Shown here: positions 1 through 12,661 of the stretch, piece after piece
How positions within the stretch are numbered: the stretch's first letter is position 1
Layout: each line of letters begins with the position of its first letter
Origin: Malacoraja senta
Taxonomy: Eukaryota
Direction: 5' to 3'
DNA length: 64,000 nt
NCBI GenBank assembly: GCA_038087875.1
Contig: JAXLNO010005297.1
Span: 248,001-312,000 of the forward strand
Position numbers and translations under genes: made by a program
Notes under the pieces: generated by a model
The model's database searches: none
Seen by the model: the letters and a program-made list of their open reading frames with translations, nothing else
What the model was told of the DNA's origin: nothing

Positions 1-898
1 GATCTTTCTCAGGCTGTTAAGCTGCTGAAGAATAATCGATCCGACGCGTTCTGGGAGGTTTAAAAAAAAATCGCGGGACAATTTAATCCCTGGAGTAAAA
101 TAAAAAAGCTACTTCTAACGCCGTCAACGCCGACAACGGGACGGATCTCACGTAGGGGACAAAACATAAGGTAAATCGTTTATTTTACATATAAACGTGC
201 TTCTTAGGATTACTTTAATCCACATTTCATTGGCAAAAGTGTGACTATGGCCCCATACGAACCGGCAGTGTTTTTCCTGCCGAAATGGGGTTCAAATTTA
301 CCGCAAACCGCAACGTTCCAAACGATCGCGTTCCAGAAAATCGCTCTCACAAGATGATTTAAATGCCCATTAATTTACGGGAATTATACACGAAATTCCT
401 TCCATTTGGCCTGTAAAATCATGTTATATTGTGAATTATTGTGAGAATGTTATTTGGACACTTAGGCTATTTAAAAATGTTAACCTTTTCTTTAGAAATG
501 GATAGATGTTTAGATCTTGTAATTGAATTTTGTAATTAGCTACAATTTGGTAACTGACTAATTATATGCTTTAATTTCAGGTCATCAAAGTAAGATTGTT
601 TCATATTTGTTTCAGAATGCTTCAATCTATAATCTCTGAAAATGTCATTTAGTTTTCTTAATTTTTAAGAAACTTATGGACTTTTGACTGTCCTCGATCA
701 CAGCTTTTGTGTTAAGTCAATGGAAAAGCAATAGGGAACAATATGCTAATTTCCGAGTATGAAAATGGCCATAACTATTTTAATACTGAAGTTTTAAAAA
801 GTGAATTAGGTGTCAAATTAAACTTCTTTTTATGCTTTATATGATGGGATAAATTGCAGACTTGATTTTTAAAATCACAAAATTTTGTAACATTGCTA
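1..898. mobile_element. Non-autonomous TIR DNA transposon (right part; complete copy at 25874-26921)
   Basis: Matches 26007-26921 and ends in ttgtaacattgcta, an imperfect inverse of the left end taggtatgttacaa at 25874. Confidence 0.5.
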
Positions 899-1575
899 TT
901 CATTGTATATTCTCCGCTTACATTCAACTTCCCAAAGGATGGTGGAGGTTTTGTGAGTAATTAATAGGTATCTCAGGCCCAAATTTGTGTTCTACTATTA
1001 TTGATCCTCCCTCAGAGAATCAGCGCACAATCAGGGAGAACCAGAAAGCAGGACACACACTGGAAGTAGCAGGATTACATTCCATTGCCATTGCCATTGC
1101 TCTAACTAATTTACCAACGAATCACCATCACACTGTTCCCAAGACAACCCTCCTCACTGTCAGCAGAACCACCAAGTTTGTGTCATCTGCAGTCTATTTC
1201 CAGTGGTCTCCTTGACCAGCAAGTTAATTGAGAACGTGTGGATTAACATTGGTCTTTATTGTATTATTACTTACAGTATATTAACAGAAGTATATCAATG
1301 TCACATTACCCCTGAAAGAAAAACGGAAACACATTCTTTGTAATGTCAGAAGCATCAGAAATATTGAGGTGTTACAGGAATAGGTCAAATAATTAAACTC
1401 ATGATTACATTCAATCATGTCATTGAGAAATATTCAATGGTGTAATTAACAGAATGAAAGATGAACTCAATAAACTTAAACTAAACAAACTAATAACAAT
1501 CCGAAATTATGGACGAATAATCAGATGGATGTTAATCCAGATATCGCATTGACAGTATTAGCATTGACAGTATCA

Positions 1576-2370
1576 CATTGACCCTACACACACACCACTC
1601 CACTCCACACACATCACCCACACGCCCACCACCCTTCCACATACCCACTACACCTCACACACTCACCACCCAACACACTCACCAGCCCAACCCACACACA
1701 ATACCCACACGCCCCCCACAAATCCACACACCCACTCCACCCCATACATTCACCACCCCACACATACCACCACCCCTCCACACTCTCACTCCACCGCACA
1801 CATACCACCACCACACACAAACCACTACCCACACCACACACGCACTCCACCCCACATACCACCACCCCACCCCATACACGCACTCCACCCCACACATACC
1901 ACCACCCCACCTCACACTACATCGTCTCACATACATCACCCACACGCCCACCACCACTCCACACACCCACTCCACACCACACACACCCCACACCACACAC
2001 ACTCACTTCACACACACATAATCCCACATACATGCTCGCCACCACACCCATATACCCATTCCACCCCCCACACACACACTCACCACCCCCACACACACAA
2101 TCCCGCATCCACCACACTCACATAACCACTTCACACAGCCCTCCCCCCACACTCACCNNNNNNNNNNNNNNNNNNNNNNNNNNNNNNNNNNNNNNNNNNN
2201 NNNNNNNNNNNNNNNNNNNNNNNNNNNNNNNNNNNNNNNNNNNNNNNNNNNNNNNNNNNNNNNNNNNNNNNNNNNNNNNNNNNNNNNCATACCCATTCCA
2301 CCCACCCCTCTCCGCACCCCTCCCCCCCGCACACACGCACAACCCCACTCCCGCCACACACTACCCCACA
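1576..2370. repeat. CA/CCA-rich low-complexity tandem repeat spanning N-gap 2158-2288
   Basis: Degenerate cacaccacccc repeats; ORFs here are H/T/P-rich artefacts. Confidence 0.9.
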
Positions 2371-3203
2371 GGCACAAGTGCCATGTATTTGAAACGATCT
2401 TCAGAGAGATATTTTTACCTCACGGACATGGTGGATAGAACAGACTGTATTATACGCCTTATGGTAAATTGCGGGAAATTTGATCACCCGGGAAAACGGA
2501 CGTAGACACAGCATCAGGACGAAACTCCCACCTAAGGCAGTCACGGGATGTGTGCATTCAGCAGCAAGAGTGAGAGGATGAGACAGGAGCTCAGTCAGAC
2601 GCACGAGGTGGGGATGTAATCCGTAAACCAATCAGAGAGAATATTTTTCATTTTACCCTGACCTGACACTTGCAATCAACGACTGCATGCGAATCTGCTC
2701 CTGTTTGTGACCTCATGCATTCCACTCCGTATCGACTTAGAGGATATTTGGATCGAGTTCAGTCGCATTGGTGCTCAATGACTGCGCATTTCATATTAAG
2801 CAACAAGCTGTTGGGATTCTCATTTCGAAAGAATGCGACCTGATTTACCATTGGGCATTCACTGGTCTGACCATGTTTATGGAGCGAGCCTGTGAAGAGA
2901 CGGACCTGAGTCAGTGTGACAGCAGCGCCGGCGTAATCCCGCTCAACAAAGAGAGGCAGCGGCAGACAGACCGCTCCCCCTCGTGGCTGCCGCGGGGAAT
3001 GGCAGCTCTGCGCCGGCAATGGCTGGGGCAGCGAGCGGTTTGGTGGGGCAGTTTGGTGGGGCTGAAAAATAGATCCTCTTGTCGGAATCGGAAGACATGC
3101 CAGGGTCACAAATGTCATCTGTGGATCAGGTCACTGAGGATCCAAAGCGTGTCGGGGAGTGAGGGGGGAGGGTGAGCAGATGGGATGGAGAGTGCACGGA
3201 TTT

Positions 3204-4114
3204 CTAGACCCCGCGGCGCTGAATACATTTTCCAATCAGAGTAAAGGGCGATTTCACCACTCCTTTGAACTGCTGCCTGAACTTAGTCTGGGTGACGGCG
3301 TAAAGAGCAGTGTTTGTGCAACAACTCAGGGTCTGCAGCATGGCGGCCAGTTCGCCAATGTTGTAATCCGGATAATCCCAGCTACGAATTAATCCAGCCA
3401 GTCTGAACCACACAACATGTATCGCACGGAGCGCCCACAACAGGATGAAATTCCCCGAGATCACCAGCAGTAAAATGAGAGATTTCCTGCGGCTCTCCAT
3501 CTCCGGGTCTCTGCCACTCTCCCCACTGCTGGGACCCCGGAGTCTGCTGCGGGCTCTGCTCGCCACTAACACGTATCTGATGGTCGAAGTGTTGAATAAA
3601 ACAATGAGGACAAATGGGATCGCGGGGGTGATGAGATATTGGAGAAACTCCCCGATTCCCCAGACCAGTGAGGTACGAACATCGCCTGGAATCCCACAAA
3701 ACCAGGGGGCATTGAATAGCAAGTACCCACCGCGCAACATAAAATACCAGAACGTGTTCTTTAAACAGCTCAGCACGGTCACTGTCCCCAGAACCACATC
3801 CGCTGTTCTCTCGGTGCAATATTTTGTTTTCAGCTTCTGGCAACAAATGGCCACAAATCGATCAAAGGTGAAGGTGACGGTGAACCAGACAGAACAGTCG
3901 GTGACGGCGTAAAGCAAGACGGCGTGGATATTACACACTGGGACGTAGCGCAGGAACTGAAATGCACCATAGTAAGCAATGGGAAGCTGCCTCAGTATCA
4001 GGTCCAGAATAATGACCAGTAGATCGGCCGTTGCCATGGCGATCAGGTAGCGAGTGACACCTGTGGAGAGACCGCACTTTCCCCGGGACAGGACCACAAT
4101 CGTCAGCGCGTTCA
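3204..4114 (-). CDS. Gene A exon 2: GPR139/GPR142-like rhodopsin-family GPCR (intact, 361 aa when spliced)
   Basis: 7TM ORF with TM2 ADLL, TM3 FTFDRFVAICC, ICL3 DPEMESRRKS and TM7 CCTNTALY. Acceptor cttccctcttcacag|TG at 4115/4114, phase 1; stop TAG at 3204-3206. Confidence 0.92.
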
Positions 4115-5107
4115 CTGTGAAGAGGGAAGTAAACAGAGACATGACAGCGGACGAATCAAACTCGGCAGATTCATCAAGGGGCAAATAAAATGCACAATCC
4201 TGTTCTGGGATTCAGAGCTGTAAACGATTTTCTAACAAGGTTATCTACAAGTGATAATTCAACGAAATCAATTAGTGATGATAAAATAAACTCATCAACT
4301 CGACTACTTAACAGATGAGAAGCTGCTGTTACGAGGGTTCGGATAAAGAACTTGACCGATTTCTGACCATTGCTTACTTCACCATGGGAGTTTAGCTCAT
4401 TGGTTCACTGTGAATCGGGTTCAGTGTGGGCTGGAGAACAAACCCTCGTCCTGCTCTTTATGCAGGGACATTGTGTTAGTGTGAATCAATCAGCCCAGGG
4501 TTCTATTCATGGCCCAATGCGCCAGTGTCAGTCTGTTGGGGACAGAAATGGTTCCGATACGGAGCATTACGCAGACACAGTGATATTGGGCGAAACAGGG
4601 CCAGATCCCAGCAGGAACCGTTCGCTTCAGTCACACCTGGGAGGAGGAGGGATGCAAAGGAAAGCGTGTCAGTATCTCAAGATTGCATTAAACCAGTAAA
4701 ACATGTAAAACATGTAGAACTCCTATAAAATCAGTTTATTGTTTGCAGCGGACAGTTTCGACAGCTGCATATAGATCGCCAGGCGCACGGCAGCAGTGAA
4801 TTACAGCAGGAGAATGAATTACAGGAAATGGAAAGGTGTTAACGATTGTTTCCCGTTTTAATAACATTAACTGTGGACATGGTAGCAATGTAAAAATAAC
4901 ACGTATATAAGGTAAGCAACACGCTGATGAATAGCGTGAAACGTTTGATCCCCACAATCAGACAACATCAGCACATTACCCGTTACTCAGTCGAAGATTC
5001 CTTAAATAGAACACGTCATGGATTGTCCGAATTACAGACATTTATACCGGATCCCGTAACCGCCGCTTCTCACCTGATGTTGCTCGGGAATTTAGACAGA
5101 GACTTAC

Positions 5108-5282
5108 CTGGAAGAGCAACAAGAGCTAGGATGGGGTAATAGACAAGCTGAATATTCATGATTAACATATAGATCCGAACACCTAAGCTGTATCCAGACC
5201 CAAACATATCGTCTGCCGAATAGAACATACTCTTCTCCATCGCGGTAACTTCCCAGTCTACCGTTTTCAGAGACCGATCCAT
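5108..5282 (-). CDS. Gene A exon 1 (N-terminus + start of TM1: MDRSLK...VYYPILALVALP)
   Basis: ATG at 5282; donor CCAG|gtaagt at 5108/5107. 175 nt + 911 nt = 1086 nt in frame, giving ...ALPVNALTIVVL. An alternative downstream ATG (MEKSM) is possible. Confidence 0.85.
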
Positions 5283-6129
5283 TTGTGTAACACCGCACTC
5301 ACTGTTCCTCGATTGCACTCGGTGAGAATCACTTCACTCTCTAATATTCTCGGATTCCTAAACATCCATCTAACATCCCACTTTATTGTTCACAAATTCC
5401 GAATGGTTTTCTCCGTCTGTGGAGCTGTTGCTCTGTGTCGGTGACGGACGGGATGCTCTCCCTGACACTCTCATATCCTATCAACAGGGATCGTTTTTAT
5501 TGGAACTGGGAAACCTCCGGGGACACAACCGGGCTCCGTGCGGACTGACTTTAATTACACTCACTGAACAAACATCTACTGTTAACTCTTTTGTGTCCGG
5601 GCACAAAGTGCCTCACAGAAAGGGTCCCAGTCATCATGGGTGATGATAGCCATTATTTATGTTCTGTCGAGTGGACTGTTAGTGCCGGGGAGCAATCTGC
5701 AGGCCTGATAGAATCCGCACCATCTCTCCGCAATCTCAATAATCGCGAGCAGTAATCTGAAATCGGATTGTTCAGATTAATCGTTTCCATTGACGTGAGC
5801 ATGGAAGTGGAATTTCGGGAACCCTGAATCATTTAAACTAAGATCTTAATATAGAGGACAAGCATTAGAAAAGTCTATGTTATATATAATTATATTAGGG
5901 ATTTGGGGCCCAGCCAACAATTCTGTAATAAAGGCATCCATCAGATCGCTTTTAAAATATTGTCCTCTTACCTTGTCCTCCAACCGATGTCCTGTTGAAG
6001 ATGATATTCCGACCATGGACAAAAATGTCGATCTCTGCTCTCCGTCCCTTGTAACCTGATACATTTCTTTCAGGTGACTTCTCAACGTCCATGGCTGTAG
6101 GGAAGATGTCACGTTCTCCAATCTCTTGA

Positions 6130-6880
6130 GTCAGGAGTGTTTAATTGTCATATGTACAGAGAACTCAACAATATTTGTTTCTTGTAGCAGCGTAACACAT
6201 CTGTGAAGACAGCGCACACAGATAACACAAAGAACAAAATAAAGTTCAATAAGCTAAAATAATCAATATTTGAGCAAATCCAAAGCTGGAAGTCTCAAGC
6301 ACAAGCAACACTTTTTGTAGTTCATAGTTTAGTAAGTGTTTGTGGTGGTCAAGAGCCCGGTTGTTATGGAAAGAAACTGTTCCTGAAACTGAGGTTAGCA
6401 CAGTTTGCAGACTCCGATATTCTTTCTCGGAGTTTGGAAGGAAACAAGACCATGGACAGGGTGGTGAGGGTTCCAGATGATTGCTGGTTGCCATTTCATG
6501 ACACTGTCTCTTGCAGATCCATTAGATGGTGGATAGTTCAGGTGATGGATAGGACCGGTCGATGGCCACCACGTTTTTTAATCTCTTACATTCCTGGGCT
6601 TTCGAAGTGCCGAAACAGGCCCTGTGGCAATCATCCAATATGGTCTCTACCTTAGACGTGTAGAAGATCGAGAGAACATTCGTCACCACACAGATGAACT
6701 TTCTGGTCTAACAAAGTAATATCGGTGGAGTTTCTTTATGATTACATGAATTTGCTGGGTCCACGACAGATCGTCAGAAATATGCACGGCAAGGAACATA
6801 GAGTTGTTGACTCTATCCACCATAGAACCGTCGATGAAGACAGGTTAATCGATTCTCGGCCTTCCTCTTCTAAAATCAGC
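6130..6880 (-). mobile_element. Degenerate Rex1/Babar LINE 3' fragment (copy at ~31750-32420)
   Basis: 3' end gtttaattgtcat and the PSPP...KEYRSLQT...F region resemble the better preserved Rex1 at 58975-60390. Confidence 0.6.
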
Positions 6881-7040
6881 AATATACCGCATCGCAGCCA
6901 CTTGCCCATAGGAAACAAATTGACGAAGAGCGTGTGAGGTGTCTTGGATTGGACCAGGGGGATAGGATGGAGTCCAGATATGTGGAAATTAATTCAGTGG
7001 GGCATGAACACGCTGAAACAATGGGTCTACCAGGACAGTC
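6880..7040 (-). mobile_element. Penelope-like RT fragment
   Basis: Translation PGRPIVSACSCPTELISTYLDSILSP is typical of Penelope RT N-terminal part; copy at ~32420-32575. Confidence 0.7.
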
Positions 7041-7044
7041 AGAA

Positions 7045-7170
7045 GAAGCACGTAAGGACTGGGTGGCCAATGCTGTGCCTCTTTTCAAGAAGGGCTGTAG
7101 GGAAAATACGGGGAACTATAGGCCCGTAAGCTTAACATCTGTAGTTGGTAAGTTGCTGGAGAGCATTCTG
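7045..7170 (+). mobile_element. CR1 LINE ORF2 fragment
   Basis: DW..ANAVPLFKKG...GNYRPVSLTSVVGKLLESIL; truncated at the foldback element. Confidence 0.8.
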
Positions 7171-7172
7171 TG

Positions 7173-9365
7173 GGTACCCGGACGTGGCGCCGACAGACAA
7201 TAATCCGAACCAAAGAAGTCGAAGCCAAAGAACCGAATACAAACTAGCCGAAACGCCAATGAACCGAAATAGTCCGAAGACGAAACGCCTACTAACCGAA
7301 AGGATGGGACGCCTAAATGCAAACTAACCGAAAGGGACGCCTAAAAGCCAGCGAACCGAAAGGCTGCGTCGCCTAAAAGCGAACTTACCGAATGGCCGCT
7401 CTGTCGAAACGCCAACTACCCGAAAGGCGGCGGCGCCTACAAGCCAAAGGACCAACTGCCGCTCAACAGAAACGTCCAATAACGGACTTGACGTTGCCGG
7501 GGGGCGGGACTTGTCAGCGATTGGTCCAGACCCCCCACGTCCATCACATCACCGTGAAGGCACGAACAGTGTCCCAAACCTCCGCTCCACCCAACCCGCA
7601 GCCCGCGGAGCGTGGCCGTGGGAGAGTGGAGACTGTCCCGAGGGATGCACACGTTCGGCCGCTTTCAACTTGGTGCTTGGGTTCAGACTGCCCAGTCACC
7701 TATGTAAGAACGATTTATACATGCAATACATTATATACATTTTACATGGTTAATTAACTGGTGCATATCATGTATTGTATCATGTGATTTTCTGAAGGAC
7801 GGTCTGTACCCGCAACGTGACCCATTCCTTCTATTCATAGATGCTTCCTGCCCCGCTGAGTTACTCCACTGGGTTCAGCTGTCAGATGAAGAAGGCGAGA
7901 GGCCGCCATTGACCGTCGAAACACTGCTCCAGGACCCCGCCGACTGCGGAGTCCGAGGCATCCACGGTAAGAGCTGTGGGGCCGCCTGTTCGCGGGTGCA
8001 CCAGCATAACCGCCCCAGCCAGGGCATCCTTTGCCCTTCGAACGCAACGACGGTGTCCAAATGGACCTTCCGCTGCTTGCCAGTTGGAACAGCGGCCGTA
8101 TGACCTTAGCCGCCGCTGGGACGAACCGGTGGTCAAGAAGGAGGCAAAACCCTAACCTCTGCTCCAGTGTCCACCAGGAACCTACGTCCCGAGCGCCGGA
8201 CCCAGGCTTACAAACGATGGATTTCGCCGGCCACCGCGGTGCCTACCGGCGGCCGGCTCTGGAGTTTCCCTGAACGGATACGGTTGGCGACAATGGCCGC
8301 TGCCCCCCAGCGTTGTTGGTAAAATCACCACATCCTTCTCTCCTGTGCCACCTGTCTGGGTTGTGGCTCTCGTGGGCGTGGGCCTCTTGTGAGCGTGGTC
8401 CTGGGTTGCTGGGCGTTCCAGGGCGTTGAATCAATCCGGTCCAGCGACTCCAGCCGTTCCAGGTAATCCAGTCCCTGGTGGGACAGCCACCGCTCGTCGG
8501 CGCGCATCGCTAGTCTGAGCCGATCTTCAAAACTCTCCACCGTGCGGATGTCGGCGGATATCACGTGGCAACTGCTGCAGGTAGGTAAGTTCAAATAGAA
8601 GGCAGAGTAAAATAACAAACACAGAATGCTGGAGGAACTCCGCGGGCTAGACGGCATCTGTGGAGGGAATGGGTTAGGAGTTGTTTCGGGCCAGGATTCT
8701 TCTTCAATAGGAAGGAACTGGTGATGCAGNNNNNNNNNNNNNNNNNNNNNNNNNNNNNNNNNNNNNNNNNNNNNNNNNNNNNNNNNNNNNNNNNNNNNNN
8801 NNNNNNNNNNNNNNNNNNNNNNNNNNNNNNNNNNNNNNNNNNNNNNNNNNNNNNNNNNNNNNNNNNNNNNNNNNNNNNNNNNNNNNNNNNNNNNNNNNNN
8901 NNNNNNNNNNNNNNNNNNNNNNNNNNNNNNNNNNNNNNNNNNNNNNNNNNNNNNNNNNNNNNNNNNNNCTTATAAAAATAATCCGCTCTGTGATCTTTGG
9001 CGGTCTAAAAGCGGCGAAGGGAAATTAAACCCCCCCCCACCCTCCCGTCTCCCCTGGACAGCGATGTGATGGACGCGGGGGTCTGCACCAATCGCTGAGA
9101 AGGTCTCGGACGTCATGTCCATTATTTGTCTCCCGACGTGTTCGGTTAGTTGGCTTTTCGGCGTCGCGTCCGTTAGGTTATTTGGTTTTTCGGCGTCTCG
9201 CCCGTTCGGTTATTTCGCTTTTCGGCGCTGCATCCCTTCGGTTATTTTGCTTTTCGGCGTCGCGTCCGTTCGGTTATTTGGCTTTTCGGCGTCTATTCCG
9301 TTCGGTATCTTGGCTTCCACTTCTTCGCTTCGGCTTCTCATACTTCGACGCCCCGTTCGGGTACC
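7173..9365. mobile_element. Foldback/MULE-like element with long inverted arms and ~32-bp subterminal repeats (N-gap 8730-8968 inside)
   Basis: ggtacccggacgtggcgccga (7173-7193) vs reverse complement of 9345-9365 is 18/21 identical. ccgaa-rich repeats 7200-7490 mirror ttcgg-rich repeats 9140-9345, and 7515-7550 mirrors 9063-9095. Confidence 0.65.
7885..8400 (-). mobile_element. Internally deleted Gypsy/Ty3 gag-protease-RNase H fragment
   Basis: Degenerate gag end (FYQQRWG...QGNSRAGRR), protease FLVDTGAEVRVLP (~8145-8180) and RNase H TVDASDSAVGGVLEQ...WRPLAFF (7885-7975). Confidence 0.75.
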
Positions 9366-9767
9366 GTTTAAACCTGCATCTGCAATTCCTTCCCGCACAT
9401 TTGGACAGATATATTGACAGGAACGGTTTGGATGGATATGGACCAAACACGGGCAGGTGGCGCTCGTGTACATGGAGCAGCAAGGTCGGCATGTGTAACT
9501 TGGGGCGAGGGGTCAGTTTCCGTGATCAATGACTTGATGGAAAACATTAAATGATTAATTTGTCACGTACCTAAGTGGCGACGGGAGGGGACCGGCTCAC
9601 GATTGATCAGCAGCTCTCCCAGCGGTCACAACATTACCCATCAGTCCATATGAAGATAACATGATAAGAATGGTCCCATTGAGAACATGAAGTGGAGATG
9701 GTCAACAGAACGGATAAATTATCAGAATTAGAGGAACACAGCGATCCAGTCAAAGTAAAGAAACGTA

Positions 9768-10114
9768 TAGTTTAGTTTAGTTTAGTTTAGCTTAGTTTAG
9801 CTTGGGTTAGTTTAGATAGACTGCGCGGAAACAGGCGTTTCGGCCCACCGTGTCCGCACCGACCAGCGATCCCCGCTCACGAGCACTAACCTACACACAC
9901 GAGGGACAATGTTGACATTTATACCGACGCCAATTAACCTGTAAACCTGTACTTCTTTGGAGTGTGGGAGGAAACCAGAGATCTCGGAGATCACACGCGC
10001 AGATCAAGGGGAGAACGTACAAACTCCGTATAGACAATGACCCGTAGTCAGGATCCATCCCGGTTCTCTGGCGCTCTGCCGCAGCAACTGTACCGGTGCG
10101 CCACAATGCCGCCC
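9768..10114 (-). mobile_element. tRNA-derived SINE (HE1/V-SINE type)
   Basis: tRNA-like head, ggtttcctcccacactccaaag...gttaattgg core, CR1-like tail gggccgaa...cctgtttcc and (TAAAC)n. Confidence 0.85.
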
Positions 10115-10439
10115 TCAATGTGTTATTATTTCATTTAGTTGATTGTGGAATCATATAACTCTCTTGCACGGAATGTTAGCAGCTGAGAACATTCTAAACA
10201 CATCTAAAAAATCCGTGCCTGTTGTCCATTCCATACAGATAACCAATTAGTTCCTCTCAACTAACATCTCTGGCGGCACTTGTCTTCGTCCTTATTAACT
10301 TTTCATTAAACTTCTGTCACTTTTTTCAATTCAAATGTGCAGCCATAGCCATTCGCTTAGATCGCACCTATGCCTGGATTTTCGTTTGTTATTTTTCCCC
10401 AAATGGTTTATTAAGAATCTGAGGGATCACATCGAAACA

Positions 10440-10868
10440 TAGAAACATAGGAAAAAAGTTGCATCAGTAGGCTATTCGGATCTTCGAGCCAGCACCACCA
10501 TTCAATATGAACATGGTTGCTCATCCAAAATAAGTACCCCGTTCCTGCTTTCCCCATATCTCTTGATACCGTTAGCTCTAAGAGCTAAATCTAACTCTCT
10601 CTTGAATATATCCACTGATTCGGCCTCTACTGCCTTCTCTGGGAGAGAACTCCGCAGATGTTTTCACACACAGTATGGTGGGTGTATGGAACGAGCTGCC
10701 GGAGGAGGTCGTTGAGTCAGGGACTATCGCAACGTCTAAGAATCAATTAGACATGTACATGAATAGGACAGATTTGGAGGATTATGGGCCAAATGCAGGC
10801 AGATGGGACATGTTGGTTGATGCGGGCACGTTGGGCCCTAGGGCCTGTTTCCACGCTGTATTTCTATC
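10440..10868. mobile_element. Two CR1 3'-end fragments in opposite orientation
   Basis: 10440-10660 is the reverse of the CR1 3' UTR at 14700-14950; 10660-10868 encodes VGVWNELPEEVVE. Confidence 0.75.
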
Positions 10869-11025
10869 TGACTTGATCTCCGAGCATACCCCGGCACCAT
10901 TACTCTGCTACGTCGACGTTTGTACCGGCACTTTCTCCAGCACCTGCGAAGAACACGTGGATTTCACCAACCTTACTGCAAACGTCTACTCGACCCTAAA
11001 ATCTACTTGGACTATCTCTAACACC

Positions 11026-11314
11026 GGCGGCTCAGTGGCGCAGCGGGTAGAGTTGCTCCCCTTCAGCGCGTGTGCGTTCTCTCCGTGACCTGCGTGGGTT
11101 TTTCTCCGAGAGCTGCGGTTTCCTACCACACTACCAAGACGTTCAGGATTGTAGGTTAATTGGCTTGGGTTTGTATACTTGGTATAAATATACATTGTCC
11201 CTGTTGTGTGGAGGCTTGTGTTAATGTGCAGGGATCGCTGGTCGGTGCGGACACGGTGGGCCGAAGGGCCTGTTTCCGCGCTGTATCTCTAGACTAAACG
11301 TAAACTGAACTAAA
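11026..11314 (+). mobile_element. HE1/V-SINE-type SINE (internally deleted) inserted in Penelope RT
   Basis: tggcgcagcgggtagag head, V-domain-like core, (TAAAC)n tail; splits the Penelope WTISNT/SLPFL reading. Confidence 0.85.
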
Positions 11315-11781
11315 CCTCTCTTCCATTTCTCGATCACTCTGTGTCCAGCAGAGAAGACAGACTATCGACTGACATTTACTACATACCCGCTGACCCTCAC
11401 GTCTTTCTTGACTACATCTCTTCCCACCCTACTCCATCCTATCATCTCAATTTCTCCTTCTCCATCGCGTCAGCTTCCAAGATGAAGACATCTACTCTGG
11501 GAAATCCGAGGAGTCCTCTTTCCTCTTCCCTCAGCCCCTACCCACCTACCACAAACGACACAAGGATAGAGTCCCACTGGTTCTGACCATTTGCACCCCT
11601 TGTCTACCTGACCAACACATTATTCTCCACAATTCACATCGCCTTCAACGTGATCCCAGCAGGTGCAAAATTTTCCCGTCGCCACCTCCTTCAGCTTACC
11701 CGAGAGACAACTCTCGACGTAACTCCAAACTTCGCTCATCCCTTCGCTCCAAACCGCCGCTTCTCTTGCAGCCTCCTCTTG

Positions 11782-12084
11782 GTTTAGATTAGTTTAGAGA
11801 TACAAGGCGGAAACAGGCCCTTCGGCCGTCCGCAGTCAAGTGATCCCCCTATATTAACACTATCGTACACACACTTGGTGCATTGCTTACATTCACCAAG
11901 CCAATTCACCTACATACCTCTACGTCGTTGGGGTGTGGGAGGAAACTGAAGATCTCAGAGAAGCTCCACGCGGTTCCCACGGGGAAAAAGTACAAACTCC
12001 GTACAGACAGCACTCGTAGTCAGGATCGAACCCGAGTCTCTGGCGCTACAAGCACTGTTAGGCAGCAACTCTACCGCTGCGCCC
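11782..12084 (-). mobile_element. HE1/V-SINE-type SINE
   Basis: Same family; B-box-like ggttcgatcc on minus strand at ~12023-12033. Confidence 0.85.
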
Positions 12085-12113
12085 GCTTCGAACACCGTTT
12101 GCTGCATATTGTA

Positions 12114-12310
12114 CAGTGCCCTCAATAATGTTTGGGACAAAGACCCATCATTTATTTATTTGGTTCTGTACTCCACAATTTGGGATTTGTAATAGAAAAA
12201 AATCACATGTGGTTAAAGTGCACATTGTCATATTTTATTAAAGGCCATTTTTATACATTTTCGTTTCACCATGTAGAAATTACAGCTGTGTTTATACATA
12301 GCTCCCCATT
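12114..12310 (+). mobile_element. Tc1/mariner terminal fragment
   Basis: TA followed by CAGTG terminus (tacagtgccctcaataatgtttgggac), AT-rich; no second TIR seen. Confidence 0.5.
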
Positions 12311-12633
12311 TTGCTTTCCATCCCATCTGACGCTCACCACCCATTTAGCCCTTCTCTAAGTTTTTTCTTTTGTCCCCGCTCTTCCCCCTCCCCTCCCCTT
12401 CTAATTATATCCCTCCCTTCAGCCTAACATTTCGCCCATTCCCTCCCTTCACCTGATATCCTTTTGACTCGTTTTCACCATCCGTTATCGCTCGCTACAC
12501 CTATCTGCTAATCAAACCTCTCTCCTGTATCCATCTGTCACTTGCCAGGGGTTTGCTCCTCTGCGTCACTCATTTTGAGCTCCCCTCGCTCCACCAGTCT
12601 GAAGAATGTGCAGGAAATAACTGCAGATGCTGA

Positions 12634-12661
12634 CTGAAGAAGGGTCTCGACCCGAAACGTC
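12634..12661 (+). ncRNA. Minimal type I hammerhead ribozyme motif of Penelope pseudo-LTR
   Basis: CTGAAGA-A-GGGTC-TC-GACCC-GAAA-CGTC: catalytic core, stem II and palindromic ACGT stem III. Confidence 0.7.

Larger units (their letters stand above)
1..7170. repeat. Segmental duplication copy 1 (GPCR gene A unit); paralogous to ~26007-32705
   Basis: Colinear near-identity by eye: window start gatctttctcaggctgttaagctgctgaag matches 26007. Same CA-rich block, GPCR exons/intron and Rex1, Penelope and CR1 fragments, up to ggagagcattctg (7170) vs ggagagtattctg (32705). Confidence 0.95.

Noticed and set aside
1578-2505. His/Thr/Pro-rich and Val/Gly/Cys-rich ORFs (also 27362-28005, 35768-36408, 37477-38451)
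   Set aside because: Translations of low-complexity repeats and N-gaps.
3382-3912. Overlapping/antisense ORFs of ~155 aa on the GPCR exons (also 29068-29535, 45566-45886)
   Set aside because: Shadow ORFs of the GPCR frame, conserved only because the locus is duplicated.
4115-4184. ORF-track N-termini MPLDES.../MHLDES.../MFASAF... for the GPCRs
   Set aside because: Intronic: they start at TTG and run through the pyrimidine tract/AG acceptor; real exon 1 lies upstream.
9140-9345. Regularly spaced ~32-bp repeats resembling a CRISPR array
   Set aside because: Tandem degenerate units without unique spacers, mirrored at 7200-7490, in eukaryotic context with no cas genes; explained as subterminal repeats.
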